From contig OZ024740.1 of assembly GCA_964016885.1 (NCBI GenBank), positions 369,024,001 to 369,088,000 on the forward strand: a stretch of 64,000 bases of DNA, read 5' to 3'. The notes under the pieces were generated by a model, which did no database searches, was not told the DNA's origin, and was given only the letters and a program-made list of their open reading frames with translations. Below are positions 1 through 12,698 of the stretch, in pieces. Positions within the stretch are counted from its first letter, which is position 1, and each line of letters opens with the position of its first letter. The stretch is from Eledone cirrhosa (lineage: Eukaryota). The position numbers and the translations under genes are program-made.

Positions 1-971
1 CATTTGATTACAAGAAAACATGTTAGAAAACAGTATGTATTTATCTCCTTTATCGTTATCTCAATATGGGTAAAAGTATTTTAAGTTCAATTAATCAACT
101 GTTACCGTCCAACAGTTTATTACAGGAAACTATGACATAGAGATAATTTGAATATACGCCATAAGTGCTCTATTGAAGGCGGCACATTGTTAGAAAACTG
201 AGCATCAATCACACAAACATATATACATATATACCGACAGACATACAGAGAGAAAAATCAACAAGTTACACTTTAGGTTTATGATTAGATTGGTAAATAA
301 TCATTGCCTCGTTTAATTTAGTAACCTATTGGCTGTATAATTGATAGAACACTTGCATCACACTTTTTGTGACATTCGCCATGACTATTTATGCTCCACT
401 TTTTCTCAGGCTCATGCGCAGACCACATACACGCAACGAAATGATAATATCGTGTAAATGGAATAGCATCAAAATAAAGAGAAGAGAAAGAGAAGCAGCA
501 ATAGTCAATAGCAGTGTCACAGATTGTGTGACGAAAGAGTTTGGTGATGTAACAAACATCTGATTGTTTAACTAACCCATTAATGGAGGAGCTACATACC
601 TAATATTAACGCAGTTTCACATCGCGTGTCTCGCAAAATAATAACAAATACGCAGTATGTTTGGCTTGACATTTCTTGAACTGTATACATCTATATATAG
701 ATAGGCATGAAAATGGACAGCAAATGCATACGAAATCTTTTGCAGCTTATAATTATTTGTGTGTATGAATATTTTGACTTAGAATTGTATTACTTTAAAT
801 TTCACAGAAGCGAAAAGGTGATAATATGCACTCCAGTGAACATGGATTGTATGTATACAATTATAAAACAACAAATATTCGTAATTTCTATAAAGGTGTT
901 GTGTATTCGTTTCTTTCGTTTGTGCAACAATACATACATACCCCCTCCACATTTATATATGGAAGGGGTAT

Positions 972-972
972 G

Positions 973-1038
<66 letters not shown>
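972..1038. repeat. (TA)n microsatellite
   Basis: Direct dinucleotide run; source of the spurious YI/IY ORFs. Confidence 0.95.
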
Positions 1039-1042
<4 letters not shown>

Positions 1043-2305
1043 TGTGTTTGTGTGATTGAGTGTGGCTGGATGTATGGATGTATGCATACATACGTATGAA
1101 GATATTTTTCAAATGTGAAGAAGCTAATCGCCTTTATACCATTTCTTTTTTACAGCTAATACTCTACAATAGAAGATAATCTCTTCCTACAATGTAAGCA
1201 TAACATTTCTGTGTTGCAAATTCTTTAACAATATCGAGGCGAAATCACGGTATTGATTTATTCTTCGTGTTACGTTTCAATAGAAATCCTTTACTCTCCT
1301 ATCCCCTACAGATAACGGAAAAATATTACCACTAACTTCCATTCTTCTTTTTCTACTTGTTTTTTTTTTGGGGGGGGGGGGGGCTTATGCTTTTAGTCTT
1401 AGGTCAGTACTGATTTAAAAGACCTATACTCGAATGAGTTGTTGTATGATTGTATAATATAAACTGCATTTTCTTATACCTCCCCCTTTATAAATTGCAA
1501 TAATGTGTCAGGTACGGAAGATTTGGTTGGTTTTGAAAGAGGTCGAACAGCCACAAAGTGGCTCGGTGGTGGATTGTGATAAAGGATTAACCTATTTTTC
1601 GTAGGTTTCACAATATGCGCACATTATCGGTATGTTTTTTTCGGATGGTGATCAGCAATCACTGTGTTATTTTTCTATTAGAATTGAGCTTAATTATTGT
1701 ATCAGTGGTAAACACTTTTGCATATTTGCTTTGATTCACTTGGGGCTACAGCATGAGCAGACGCACTAGCAGTTCAACGAATTGTAAACACATACACATT
1801 ATAATGATATGATCCAAATAAAAAATGAATGTCATCTGTCCTCAAATCGGAAATTTCTCAATATTGTACCACTGTTAAAATATAAGCATGGGACACCATA
1901 TTTGACCAATGTTAACTAGGACTAGAATCTCCATTTGTCTCCCGATTAAAGACATTAACATGTTTTGAGGAACATTTCGTTATTAATATTGCCAAATAGA
2001 CAGTTAACCGATACAGTTAATCTTGACACATTCAAAGCACATCTCCATAATATTGGAGTTGTGATTCTTAGTTCGGAGATGTAGCATCTCTAACTGTATC
2101 GAATATTTGATAACCAGACTCTATCAAGTAACATTACTGCAGAGCCGCTGCGATACTTTTCCATATTTAGAACTTGGATGTTATTGAAATCTGGTCAGAA
2201 TTTCTAAAGAAAGAATCGCTGGATTTTAAGAGGAAAATTAAACTTCTGGTGTCCAAACGGATCAATTAAAAAGAGTAGATTGTGCATTCAAGGAAAAGAA
2301 TCGGT

Positions 2306-2386
2306 AAGAAGAAGAAGAAGAAGAAGAAGAACAACAACAACAACAACAACAACAACAGCAACAACAACAGCGACAACAACAACAAA
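2306..2386. repeat. Compound (GAA)n(CAA)n microsatellite
   Basis: Direct sequence. Confidence 0.9.
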
Positions 2387-2954
2387 AAGGTGGAAGAGGA
2401 TGTGCAGTAGGTTAGATTTACAGTAACCTAATATATAAAACATGGTGACGAACGGTATTATTAACACTGAAGCATATCATTACAGATTTTATGGTAGCAA
2501 AAATACATATGACCGAAAGTGTGTATTAATTTAGAACATCGGAGGAATAGTATGAAAGGCTGCGCATGTGTGTATGTCCCTCAACATTACGTTACATTGC
2601 AAATGTTTGTTCGATGTTGTTTAATATTTCAATGTTACTCTAATATACTAAATCAATGGTTCTTTACTCCACTCCATATTCAAATTTCTCATGCATTTAA
2701 TCTGTCTGACATAGCGATAATAATAGAGATTATTTCTTGAGCATTATTGGGTATCTCACTAAATTTGGAGTGAGATAGTTTTCAATAAGCTAATGGTGCT
2801 TTCATCAGATTAATAAGCACTTGCTTTCAAGAATGAGTTGGATTAATGCGTTATTCTATAAGGCGAAGCCGATAACAGCTATTCCGACATTTTCACTTGT
2901 GTGGCGTTAAATCTATATTTAATGTGTTTCATTTGCAATAAACCAAACTACCAG

Positions 2955-3125
2955 CGGAGGGACGAATAGATAGAATCATAAAACTGTCCGATTGTATCAG
3001 TTGTAGTACTCGGTTCGGCTCTCTGCGCTTTGAGTTCAAATGCCGCTGAGGTTAACTTTTCCTTTCATCCAGTCAAGGTCAATAAAAATGTACCCCTCCA
3101 GAAGTAAGGTCGATTCATCCTGTTA
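2955..3125 (+). mobile_element. Degraded tRNA-derived SINE (Meta-domain family)
   Basis: B-box-like GAGTTCAAAT followed by gccgctgaggttaacttttcctttcatcc...gtcaataaaaatgtacc, homologous to the intact copies at 14.6, 47.8 and 55.2 kb. Confidence 0.7.
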
Positions 3126-4329
3126 TTCTCTTTTTCACTTCATTTCCACCACACTGTATCCTTCTCTGAGGAAAACCGTCTGGACTCAGACCACAAAGCA
3201 GGTGCTCTCCACCAGATTTTAAATTTCCAAGAAACGCTGTATGTTACTATAGTTCCTGTTCGATATTAGGAACATGTATAGGTGAAAAAGTAGAAATAAT
3301 AAAGAAAGTACAACTACATTAATAAAAACAAAAAGTATGTTATGTTATGTCTATTTGGAATTTCCATATCCCATAAAGAAATTCATAATAAGTGATCCAT
3401 ATTACATGTGACAAGATAGTGAATAGTTACATAACATAATAGTTTAAGCGATATGACTTTTTAAATTATGTAAGAAATAATGAATATCAGTAATTTCCAC
3501 TACAACTTATCAGTAAGTGTAGACATTTTATGAACCAACCGTGCTACTCGACCAAAAACAGTAGTACACGAATAAAACATGAACAAAGATACTTATTTAA
3601 TGAAATCTCTTCTTTAGACTCTTGAAACAATGATAAATTCGACCCTGTCGTCCTTTATATGAGAGGCAAATTCAAGGAGGGGATGATGTTAATCGAATGT
3701 AATGTCTTATCAACTACAGTTGATATTATATTGAAATATTAAGACAACGATTACCACAATTTATCAATGAAATTTGCGTATAATCTTTATACACAGCATC
3801 AATTACTCACAGAATCAGGTAACTTGTAAATTATCAATGTTTTAAATGTTCATAATACAAATACTTGTAAATGCGACACTACTATAGACCATGCCATTAG
3901 AAAAATGTTTCTTGTATCATATGCTTAAAACAGCCGTTCCTCGTGGTATTGTGTACAGCATATCAATGTGCATTGTTTAAAAACAACTTCAGAATAGTCA
4001 GGTATAGAGCATAACCTAATATCATAATATTCTAGCAACCCTTTTCTGTTTTCCGATTGACATTTCATTCTATCAATGCCGCGAAACAGGGTCTAAATAC
4101 TGGGGCTCACATTTTAAATAGACTTTACCGCTATAAATGAGATCACAAATAAATACAAACATAAACACACACACACACACACATATGTATATATGTATAT
4201 ATATATGTATATGTGTGTGTGTATGTTTGTGAGTGTATGCGTGTATTTGTGCGTGTGTGTGTCATTTGTGTAGATCTACTTTGATATATATATAAATGGG
4301 TGTGAATATATATATATATATATATATAT

Positions 4330-4670
4330 AGATGAGATTATACAGGACTACAACTGTTTCATTCTTTAGAAATCATCAGGAATCTGGCTGTCCAAATTAA
4401 ATGTTGTGGTATTTATATCTTTTCAGGTGGTAGGAGAGGGTGGGTGGAGGTCATTGGTTGAAAGAAAAGGGAATTCATTAAAAGCTAATTCTTAAAGCTA
4501 TAATTTATATTTAGAGTGACAAAGGCAGAAAGAATTCTATAAACAAGTTCAAATTGGGGTGTCACTCCTTATTTTAAGTTTCTCTTAAGCTAACAATGCC
4601 TATATTTCAGGTGTCTATAAGATGGTTGTGGGTCGGTCATGGTTAATGGATTTAAAGAAAAGGGAAATAT
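4330..4670 (-). mobile_element. Penelope-like 3'-end (pLTR) fragment carrying a hammerhead motif
   Basis: Starts at a (TA)n tract; homologous to 58140-58255; carries CTGATGA...GAAAC on the minus strand. Confidence 0.55.
4335..4385 (-). ncRNA. Type I hammerhead ribozyme motif (one stem-I mismatch)
   Basis: Minus strand: agattc-CTGATGA-tttctaaagaat-GAAA-cag ttgtagtc ctg-TA-taatct; GUA cleavage triplet. Confidence 0.65.
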
Positions 4671-4679
4671 ATATATAGT

Positions 4680-4845
4680 AATAATAATAAATTTGAAGCC
4701 TAAAATCCAAAGATGGCTCATTAAAGATAAATATATATCAAATATATAAGAATCCTAGAGGAATTTTTTTTTTAGTTTCAGAAGATCCCGTTAAGAGTGA
4801 AAGCACCGATTTTTTGCTTAAATTTAATCTGTTATTTTAATTAAT
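4680..4845. mobile_element. Internally inverted 3'-end fragment of the Penelope family seen at 44-46 kb and 62.5-64 kb
   Basis: 4680-4763 matches 62537-62618 in the same orientation; 4770-4840 matches 46280-46345, which is the opposite element orientation. Confidence 0.75.
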
Positions 4846-5059
4846 ATATATATATGTATGTATATGTAAATACGTATATATATATACAGAGAGAAAGGAG
4901 GGGGGGGTGCATTAAACAGGCATTACATTATTCATGAGAATATAACGCTTGGCTCTTCCATTAGCATGCTAACAGCAAACAATATTTTGCTCCATATGAC
5001 ACAAATATTAATGTTGAAGTTGACGGGTGTGAGAGATTATATTTATAACTAGTCCTCCA

Positions 5060-5870
5060 TTCTCAGTCTAAAAGATATAGTCACGCTTCTCGGACAGCAT
5101 TCTTCACCCCACTTGTAAGATGGCGTCTGGTGTACTACAGGGATCTGTTCAAGGTCCCCTTTTTTGTTGCATATTAATAACATAGATTACAACTTAAAAA
5201 ATGCCACAGTGCTGAAATATGCAGTTTACATCAAGCTAATGACATCGCTTATTCCGTCCACGACTTCAATGTCAAGAATTCTTCTTGTGAACGTGTCCTC
5301 GGCTTTATTGTCAACAGCGATCTGCGGTGGGCAAATCACATTTCTAAAACTGTCAAGAAGCCCAGGATGTTTTAGCGTCACTCACTATAATACCTTTGCT
5401 AGATGTGCTCCAGCTATCTATTTAAAGCTGTATGTAGCTATAGCGTGTCGACATTTAGAATTTGCATCACCAATCTGCAAATGCAATCTTGCTCAGAATA
5501 TTGATCTCCTGGATACTGTTCAGAAACGTGCAACGAAACGAATACTCTCCATCAGGCACCTACCATACACCGAACACCTTGCTTCTCTGGGTACGGATAC
5601 ATTAAAGCTGTGACGTCTGACAACATACTTGGTAGAAACCCCCAAGTTTATTAACTACATTTACAATAACAAATATGGGCACCATTTTTAATTCCATGGA
5701 CATGCTTACAAAATCAGAAAACAGTGCAGCTCCAATGATTTTCGGAAACAATTTTTCCCACTCAGAGTTTCTGAAGCATGGAACAAACAACCTGCATCAG
5801 TTGTAAGCTGTCGGGAGAATGTCTCATTCAAAACGTCCATGATTTCCGAAATTCGCCTATTCTACACCTG
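5060..5870 (+). mobile_element. Degraded CR1/L2-like LINE, 3' part of ORF2
   Basis: ORF 5164-5613 has the post-RT motif LEFASPI...IDLLDTVQKRATKRI...LPYTEHLASLG typical of CR1/L2/Jockey-group LINEs. Confidence 0.75.
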
Positions 5871-5993
5871 TGTACGTGTCTCTCTGTGTATATCATGACT
5901 CATACAAGGATCCCTTTCTGACATTTGTACATATGTTTTGCGAAAAATCATCATTAGATGAATTTGTTAACCCGTTTTTTGTAGAAATGACCT

Positions 5994-6034
<41 letters not shown>

Positions 6035-6551
6035 ATGAATGAATTAATTCCGTCGGAAAGGTCCAGGAAAAAATAGTGCTCTGTGTAGGTTACAGAGCTT
6101 AATAGTTATGTAATAAACAACATAAGGTAATTATTTCATTTACCAGTGTTTTCTTGAAAGCAAACAAAATTTGCTTTCAATCAACAGAATGAAAAAATCC
6201 TGGTGTATTTATTGACATTGGATTTTAAAAACAAAAATATAATCTATATGAAAGTGAGGCTGGAAAAGGAAGAAGGAAGGGGAAAATAAAAACACATGCA
6301 CACACACACATATACATACACACACATATATACATGCACACTTATATATACATACATATAAATATATATATATATATATATACATACATACACATGTACA
6401 TACACGTACAAATACACATACATACGCCCATATACATACATACAAACATATATATCCACATATATATATGTGTGTATGTATGTATATGTATGTGTTTGTG
6501 TATTTGTACGTGTATGTATATGTGTATGTATGTATATATATATATGTATGT

Positions 6552-7158
6552 CAGGTCACCAGTTGGTGATACTGGTAACATGTATCCCAGTACAACCTGT
6601 CTCATGGTCGGGTCGTTGGCGACTAAGCTGGCAACCCCACCAAGGTTTCTTGGTGAGGAGGGTGACTCTTGACATCCTTCAGGACTAAAGACAAAACTTG
6701 TCAAAGGGCAAAGGACCTCTTAAAAGTCAATGGCCATCCAAAATCACCGGGAGAGATGGCCCCTTAGCCTTTGTCAAGGCAGAATTCTAGGAGAAGGAAA
6801 ACTCTGATATAACACCTGAAACTCTGATGGTATCCAATGATGTTGACTTGTTCTTCTTTTTGGTAAATATCATCTTGGTTAAGAGAGTGGGACTGGCTTT
6901 GTGCAGTGCCTTTGCTCACTATAAAAGCTTCACGGCACAGGCATTGCTTTATATCTGGTGATCTCTCTGCACTTGTCACCACATGGTACTATGGGCCCAG
7001 CACTATATGTCAATAATTGTCACAAGTGTAGTGTTTGTACCAGAGTTTTCAAGTCGCTGGCTGGACTAAAATGTCACATTCATTCAGCGCATCGGTAGGG
7101 GTTCTCCTACATGGATATAAAGTAGTGGCCGTACTCGTAAACGAGTTGGCAGCCACCA
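6552..7158 (+). mobile_element. Non-autonomous RTE-like retroelement (~600 bp)
   Basis: Four copies in the window; 7027-7098 encodes a C2H2 remnant [23 protein letters not shown] resembling RTE C-termini; ends in a (TATG)n-like tail. Confidence 0.6.
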
Positions 7159-7374
7159 TATGTATATGTATGTATATATATGTGTGTACGTATATATGTG
7201 TGTGTATGTATGTATGTGTGTGTGTGTGTGGGTGGGTGGGTGTGTATGTGTGTGTGTGTGTGTGTGTGTGCATGTGTGTTTATTTTTCCTTTCCTTCTTC
7301 CTTTTCCAGCCTCACTTTCATATAGATTATATTTTTGTTTTTAAAATCCAATGTCAATAAATACACCAGGATTT

Positions 7375-7435
7375 TTTCATTCTGATGATTGAAAGCAAAT
7401 TTTGTTTGCTGTCAAGAAACCACTGGTAAATGAAA
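7375..7435 (+). ncRNA. Type I hammerhead ribozyme motif
   Basis: tttcatt-CTGATGA-ttgaaagcaaa/ttttg/tttgctgtcaa-GAAA-ccactgg-TA-aatgaaa: 7-bp stem I, long stem II, minimal quasi-palindromic stem III, GUA triplet. Confidence 0.8.
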
Positions 7436-7561
7436 TAATTACCTTATGTTGTTTATTACATAACTAGATATATATATATATACATATGTGTGTTTATGTG
7501 TGTGTGTGTGTGTGTATTATATAGGTGCAATAACAGAAAAATATAATACTCTTTTTACTAT

Positions 7562-7749
7562 ATAATTGTTTTTACTTTTGGCACAAGGCCAGCAATTACC
7601 CAAATGAATTACTGGTTCTTTATTGTATCGATCCCTTAAGGATGAAAGGCAAAGTTATCCTTGGCGGGAAGTCAGACCATAAAGGACCGTAACTCTGTGC
7701 TGCAAAGTTTGGCGTCTGACCCTCTACCGATACTACCAATCCACTGCCC
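7562..7749 (-). mobile_element. tRNA-derived SINE (Meta-domain family)
   Basis: Reverse complement of the family consensus (tggcacaaggccagcaattaccc...ccctctaccgatact). Confidence 0.85.
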
Positions 7750-7884
7750 TTTCTTTACAATATAATACATTTATTTACTACATATTACTCATATTTTCCA
7801 TACAATACTTATTTCTACAATATTGGGACACAAGAAGATGCCGTAATTATTCATTGACATATGATTTCATTTTCTGTTTCGTTA

Positions 7885-7952
<68 letters not shown>

Positions 7953-8800
7953 CCCTAAATTAACTGTGAATTGCCAATAACATGATTGTTTTTCAATTCT
8001 TAGCTTTATCCACACCGTGTTCATATAACAGAACTAAAAGCTACATAGGGTGTTTCAATAAATATTTTAACTTTAATGTTCGTGAATACCTCTTTAAATG
8101 TATATTACACTAGCATATTCACACAACACTCAATGAATTGTTCCGATAATCACTGACGAATGTATGCTTGAGTTCAATTAGCAGTTCTTTTAGAAATGTA
8201 ATTTTCCCTCGGACTTATTTTAGGAAGTCGTTTAACGGAGTATGCATACAGCCGTTCACATCATGTTTCAGGAATATTGATTGCAAAATGTAAATTTGCC
8301 TTTCACTAAATTTCAGATTGTATACATATATAACCAGTATTGTATAATTAGTCAATAATTTAGCCAGGCAAATGTCATTGTGCAGAGAGATAACGATTAG
8401 ATACTGTTTCCGAAATCATTACCAGCTTTGCGTTAATTCCATGAATATAAATATATCAAAAGTAATCTCGTAGTCATCTATGGCAAACTATGAACGGTAG
8501 GGTGCAGATGCATATTCTTGTGTGTGCTTGTAGTTACGAAAAGCAGATAACCTCAAGCTCACACGAAGAAAAGTATTTCTCAAAAGAAACTAGAAATCTG
8601 ATTAGAATACGTACAATGATGTATATCAATTGAGAGGTCCACCACATTTCGGGTATATTGGACGTTTTTCAAATCATCCAGTTATAATTTAACTCAATAT
8701 TTGCTATAAACGGAGGCTCTATGAGAGAAGTGTGTCGTGTTAATTGTGAACGAACCCACATACAAGATTCAGAATATGTACGTATTAATGTAAATATATA

Positions 8801-8855
<55 letters not shown>

Positions 8856-8882
8856 CATATCAATATATATGTCTGTATGTAT

Positions 8883-9258
8883 GAATTCTAGGAGAAGGAA
8901 AACTCTGATATAACACCTGCAACCCTGATGGTATCCAATGATGTTGACTTGTTCTTCTTTTTGGTAAATATCATCTTAGTTAAGAGAGTGGGACTGGCTT
9001 TCTGCAGTGCCTTTGCTCACTATAAAAACTTCACAGCACAGGCATTGTTTTATATCTGGAGATCTCTCTGCCCTTGTCGTCACATGGTACCATGGGCCCA
9101 GCACTATGTGTCAATAACTGTCACATGTGTAGTGTTTGTACCAGAGTTTTCAAGTCGCTGGCTGGACTAAAATGTCACATTCATTCAGCGCATCGGTAGG
9201 GGTTCTCCTACATGGATATAAAGTAGTGGCCGTACTCGTAAACGAGTTGGCAGCCACC
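8883..9258 (+). mobile_element. 5'-truncated copy of the RTE-like repeat (chimeric junction copy)
   Basis: Homologous to 6783-7158 and 10978-11353. Confidence 0.75.
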
Positions 9259-9477
9259 ATATGTATATGTATGTATATATATGTGTGTACGTATATATGT
9301 GTGTGTATGTATGTATGTGTGTGTGTGTGTGTGGGTGGGTGGGTGTGTATGTGTGTGTGTGTGTGTGTGTGTGCATGTGTGTTTATTTTTCCTTTCCTTC
9401 TTCCTTTTCCAGCCTCACTTTCATATAGATTATATTTTTGTTTTTAAAATCCAATGTCAATAAATACACCAGGATTT

Positions 9478-9538
9478 TTTCATTCTGATGATTGAAAGCA
9501 AATTTTGTTTGCTGTCAAGAAACCACTGGTAAATGAAA
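9478..9538 (+). ncRNA. Type I hammerhead ribozyme motif (duplicate of 7375-7435)
   Basis: Identical sequence inside the tandem duplication. Confidence 0.8.
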
Positions 9539-9661
9539 TAATTACCTTATGTTGTTTATTACATAACTAGATATATATATATACATATGTGTGTTTATGT
9601 GTGTGTGTGTGTGTGTATTATATAGGTGCAATAACAGAAAAATATAATACTCTTTTTACTA

Positions 9662-9850
9662 TATAATTGTTTTTACTTTTGGCACAAGGCCAGCAATTAC
9701 CCAAATGAATTACTGGTTCTTTATTGTATCGATCCCTTAAGGATGAAAGGCAAAGTTATCCTTGGCGGGAAGTCAGACCATAAAGGACCGTAACTCTGTG
9801 CTGCAAAGTTTGGCGTCTGACCCTCTACCGATACTACCAATCCACTGCCC
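9662..9850 (-). mobile_element. tRNA-derived SINE (duplicate of 7562-7749)
   Basis: Same sequence inside the duplication. Confidence 0.85.
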
Positions 9851-9987
9851 TTTCTTTACAATATAATACATTTATTTACTACATATTACTCATATTTTCC
9901 ATACAATACTTATTTCTACAATATTGGGACACAAGAAGATGCCGTAATTATTCATTGACATATGATTTCATTTTCTGTTTCGTTAAT

Positions 9988-10041
<54 letters not shown>

Positions 10042-10889
10042 CCCTAAATTAACTGTGAATTGCCAATAACATGATTGTTTTTCAATTCCTAGCTTTATCC
10101 ACACCGTGTTCATATAACAGAACTAAAAGCTACATAGGGTGTTTCAATAAATATTTTAACTTTAATGTTCGTGAATACCTCTTTAAATGTATATTACACT
10201 AGCATATTCACACAACACTCAATGAATTGTTCCGATAATCACTGACGAATGTATGCTTGAGTTCAATTAGCAGTTCTTTTAGAAATGTAATTTTCCCTCG
10301 GACTTATTTTAGGAAGTCGTTTAACGGAGTATGCATACAGCCGTTCACATCATGTTTCAGGAATATTGATTGCAAAATGTAAATTTGCCTTTCACTAAAT
10401 TTCAGATTGTATACATATATAACCAGTATTGTATAATTAGTCAATAATTTAGCCAGGCAAATGTCATTGTGCAGAGAGATAACGATTAGATACTGTTTCC
10501 GAAATCATTACCAGCTTTGCGTTAATTCCATGAATATAAATATATCAAAAGTAATCTCGTAGTCATCTATGGCAAACTATGAACGGTAGGGTGCAGATGC
10601 ATATTCTTGTGTGTGCTTGTAGTTACGAAAAGCAGATAACCTCAAGCTCACACGAAGAAAAGTATTTCTCAAAAGAAACTAGAAATCTGATTAGAATACG
10701 TACAATGATGTATATCAATTGAGAGGTCCACCACATTTCGGGTATATTGGACGTTTTTCAAATCATCCAGTTATAATTTAACTCAATATTTGCTATAAAC
10801 GGAGGCTCTATGAGAGAAGTGTGTCGTGTTAATTGTGAACGAACCCACATACAAGATTCAGAATATGTACGTATTAATGTAAATATATA

Positions 10890-10950
<61 letters not shown>

Positions 10951-10977
10951 CATATCAATATATATGTCTGTATGTAT

Positions 10978-11353
10978 GAATTCTAGGAGAAGGAAAACTC
11001 TGATATAACACCTGCAACCCTGATGGTATCCAATGATGTTGACTTGTTCTTCTTTTTGGTAAATATCATCTTAGTTAAGAGAGTGGGACTGGCTTTCTGC
11101 AGTGCCTTTGCTCACTATAAAAACTTCACAGCACAGGCATTGTTTTATATCTGGAGATCTCTCTGCCCTTGTCGTCACATGGTACCATGGGCCCAGCACT
11201 ATGTGTCAATAACTGTCACATGTGTAGTGTTTGTACCAGAGTTTTCAAGTCGCTGGCTGGACTAAAATGTCACATTCGTTCAGCACATCGGTAGGGGTTC
11301 TCCTACATGGATATAAAGTAGTGGCCGTACTCGAAAACAAGTTGGCAGCCACC
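10978..11353 (+). mobile_element. 5'-truncated copy of the RTE-like repeat followed by (TATG)n
   Basis: Homologous to 6783-7158; long (ATGT)n tail at 11357-11460. Confidence 0.75.
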
Positions 11354-11386
<33 letters not shown>

Positions 11387-12658
11387 TGTATGTATGTATG
11401 TATGTATGTATGTATGTATCTATGTATGTATGTATCTATGTATTATGTATGTATGTATATATGCTATTCACGGCAATGAGGAGTGAAAGATATGTAGGTA
11501 AGTTTCAAACAGCTGATCTGCTGAAATGCCCCGCCATTTAGAGACATTTAGGTTAAACACTTTATGATTCTTGAAAATCGAGTAAATCGAGATATAAACC
11601 ACAAATATAGACGTTTTGACACACGAACAATTCAGTAAGACGTGCCTTTTGTTTTGAGAGGAATGCAGAATACTAGAGTTGGAAACCAACAATCAAATAC
11701 CTGCACTCTAAGAACGAGTTCTTACATCTCATCATAGTCTTAATTTCTTCATGAAAATAAATACAAACTACACGGAGAGAAGAGCTTAATAGAAATAGAG
11801 CACACTAAAATTTTGCAAAGCACAACAATAGCTATTTCATCAATGGATACTAAATATAGATATACTGTGACTATTTAGAAAAAGCCTTACTAATTTATTA
11901 CATATAAATCACGCTGATAGCTTTAGCCATTAGTATGATTGTTTAACATCGTCTCGCTTCTTTATAATTGAAAAAAAAAACAAACGTTAAGATTTCCATC
12001 TTACCCAGACATGAAAATATATAATTTAAAAGTAAAAAATATGAACCATATTATACAACGGAACATCAAAAGAAATCCAAGTAAATACAGTTGAGAAAAT
12101 CTATATAAATCAATTGTGAAATGAAAAATATATTGTTGGAAATAATTCAGATGCTGCAAAAAACTGAAACGTTATTGTTTTCGTTAATTCCCTAAGAAAA
12201 TAAGGAATATGAATAATAAAAAAAATGAAAAGAAGAATATGATAAGGATAAAAGAAGAAGACAAAGATGTAGAAGTGGACTGAAAATAACAACAAAAACC
12301 GCTATAAATATAACAACAATAGAAAAGAAATAGAATAGAAGGAAAAAAGAAAGAGAGTTTAGCCATATACGTCCACAAAAAAAACACTACTTCAAAAAGC
12401 AAAAAATGTCCACAATAAGAACACTACTTCAAAAAGCAAAAAATGCTCAAGAAAAAAAGCTGTTTCAGAAATAGTGAGAGTCAGATTCCTATGTGACTAT
12501 CCAATTCATCTTTTGTTCTATTTGTTCTAGTTTGTTCATAAACAACGACAGTACTTCTATAGATATGAATGTTATCATTGCTATACTCTATTGATTATCT
12601 CGGCTGGCTGGTGTGATATTGTTGTTTTATTACGTGTTTTCTTATCAGATATCCATCC

Positions 12659-12698
<40 letters not shown>

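Larger units (their letters stand above)
6101..7467. repeat. Long inverted repeat (~200-bp unique arms, 6101-6305 and 7265-7467) around microsatellites and an RTE-like insert
   Basis: Arms are reverse complements with few mismatches; each contains a hammerhead motif. Confidence 0.9.
6783..11353. repeat. Tandem duplication with ~2.1-kb period (unit starts 6783, 8883; third partial start 10978)
   Basis: 7030-9125 and 9130-11220 are near-identical apart from microsatellite length and a few substitutions. Confidence 0.95.

Noticed and set aside
707-1112. YIYIYI/VCVCVC-type ORFs here and at 6.2-7.4, 8.7-11.5, 12.6-13, 42.5, 43.9-44.2, 46.4, 50.1-51, 55-56 and 62.3 kb
   Set aside because: They are translations of stop-free (TA)n/(CA)n/(TATG)n microsatellites, not genes.
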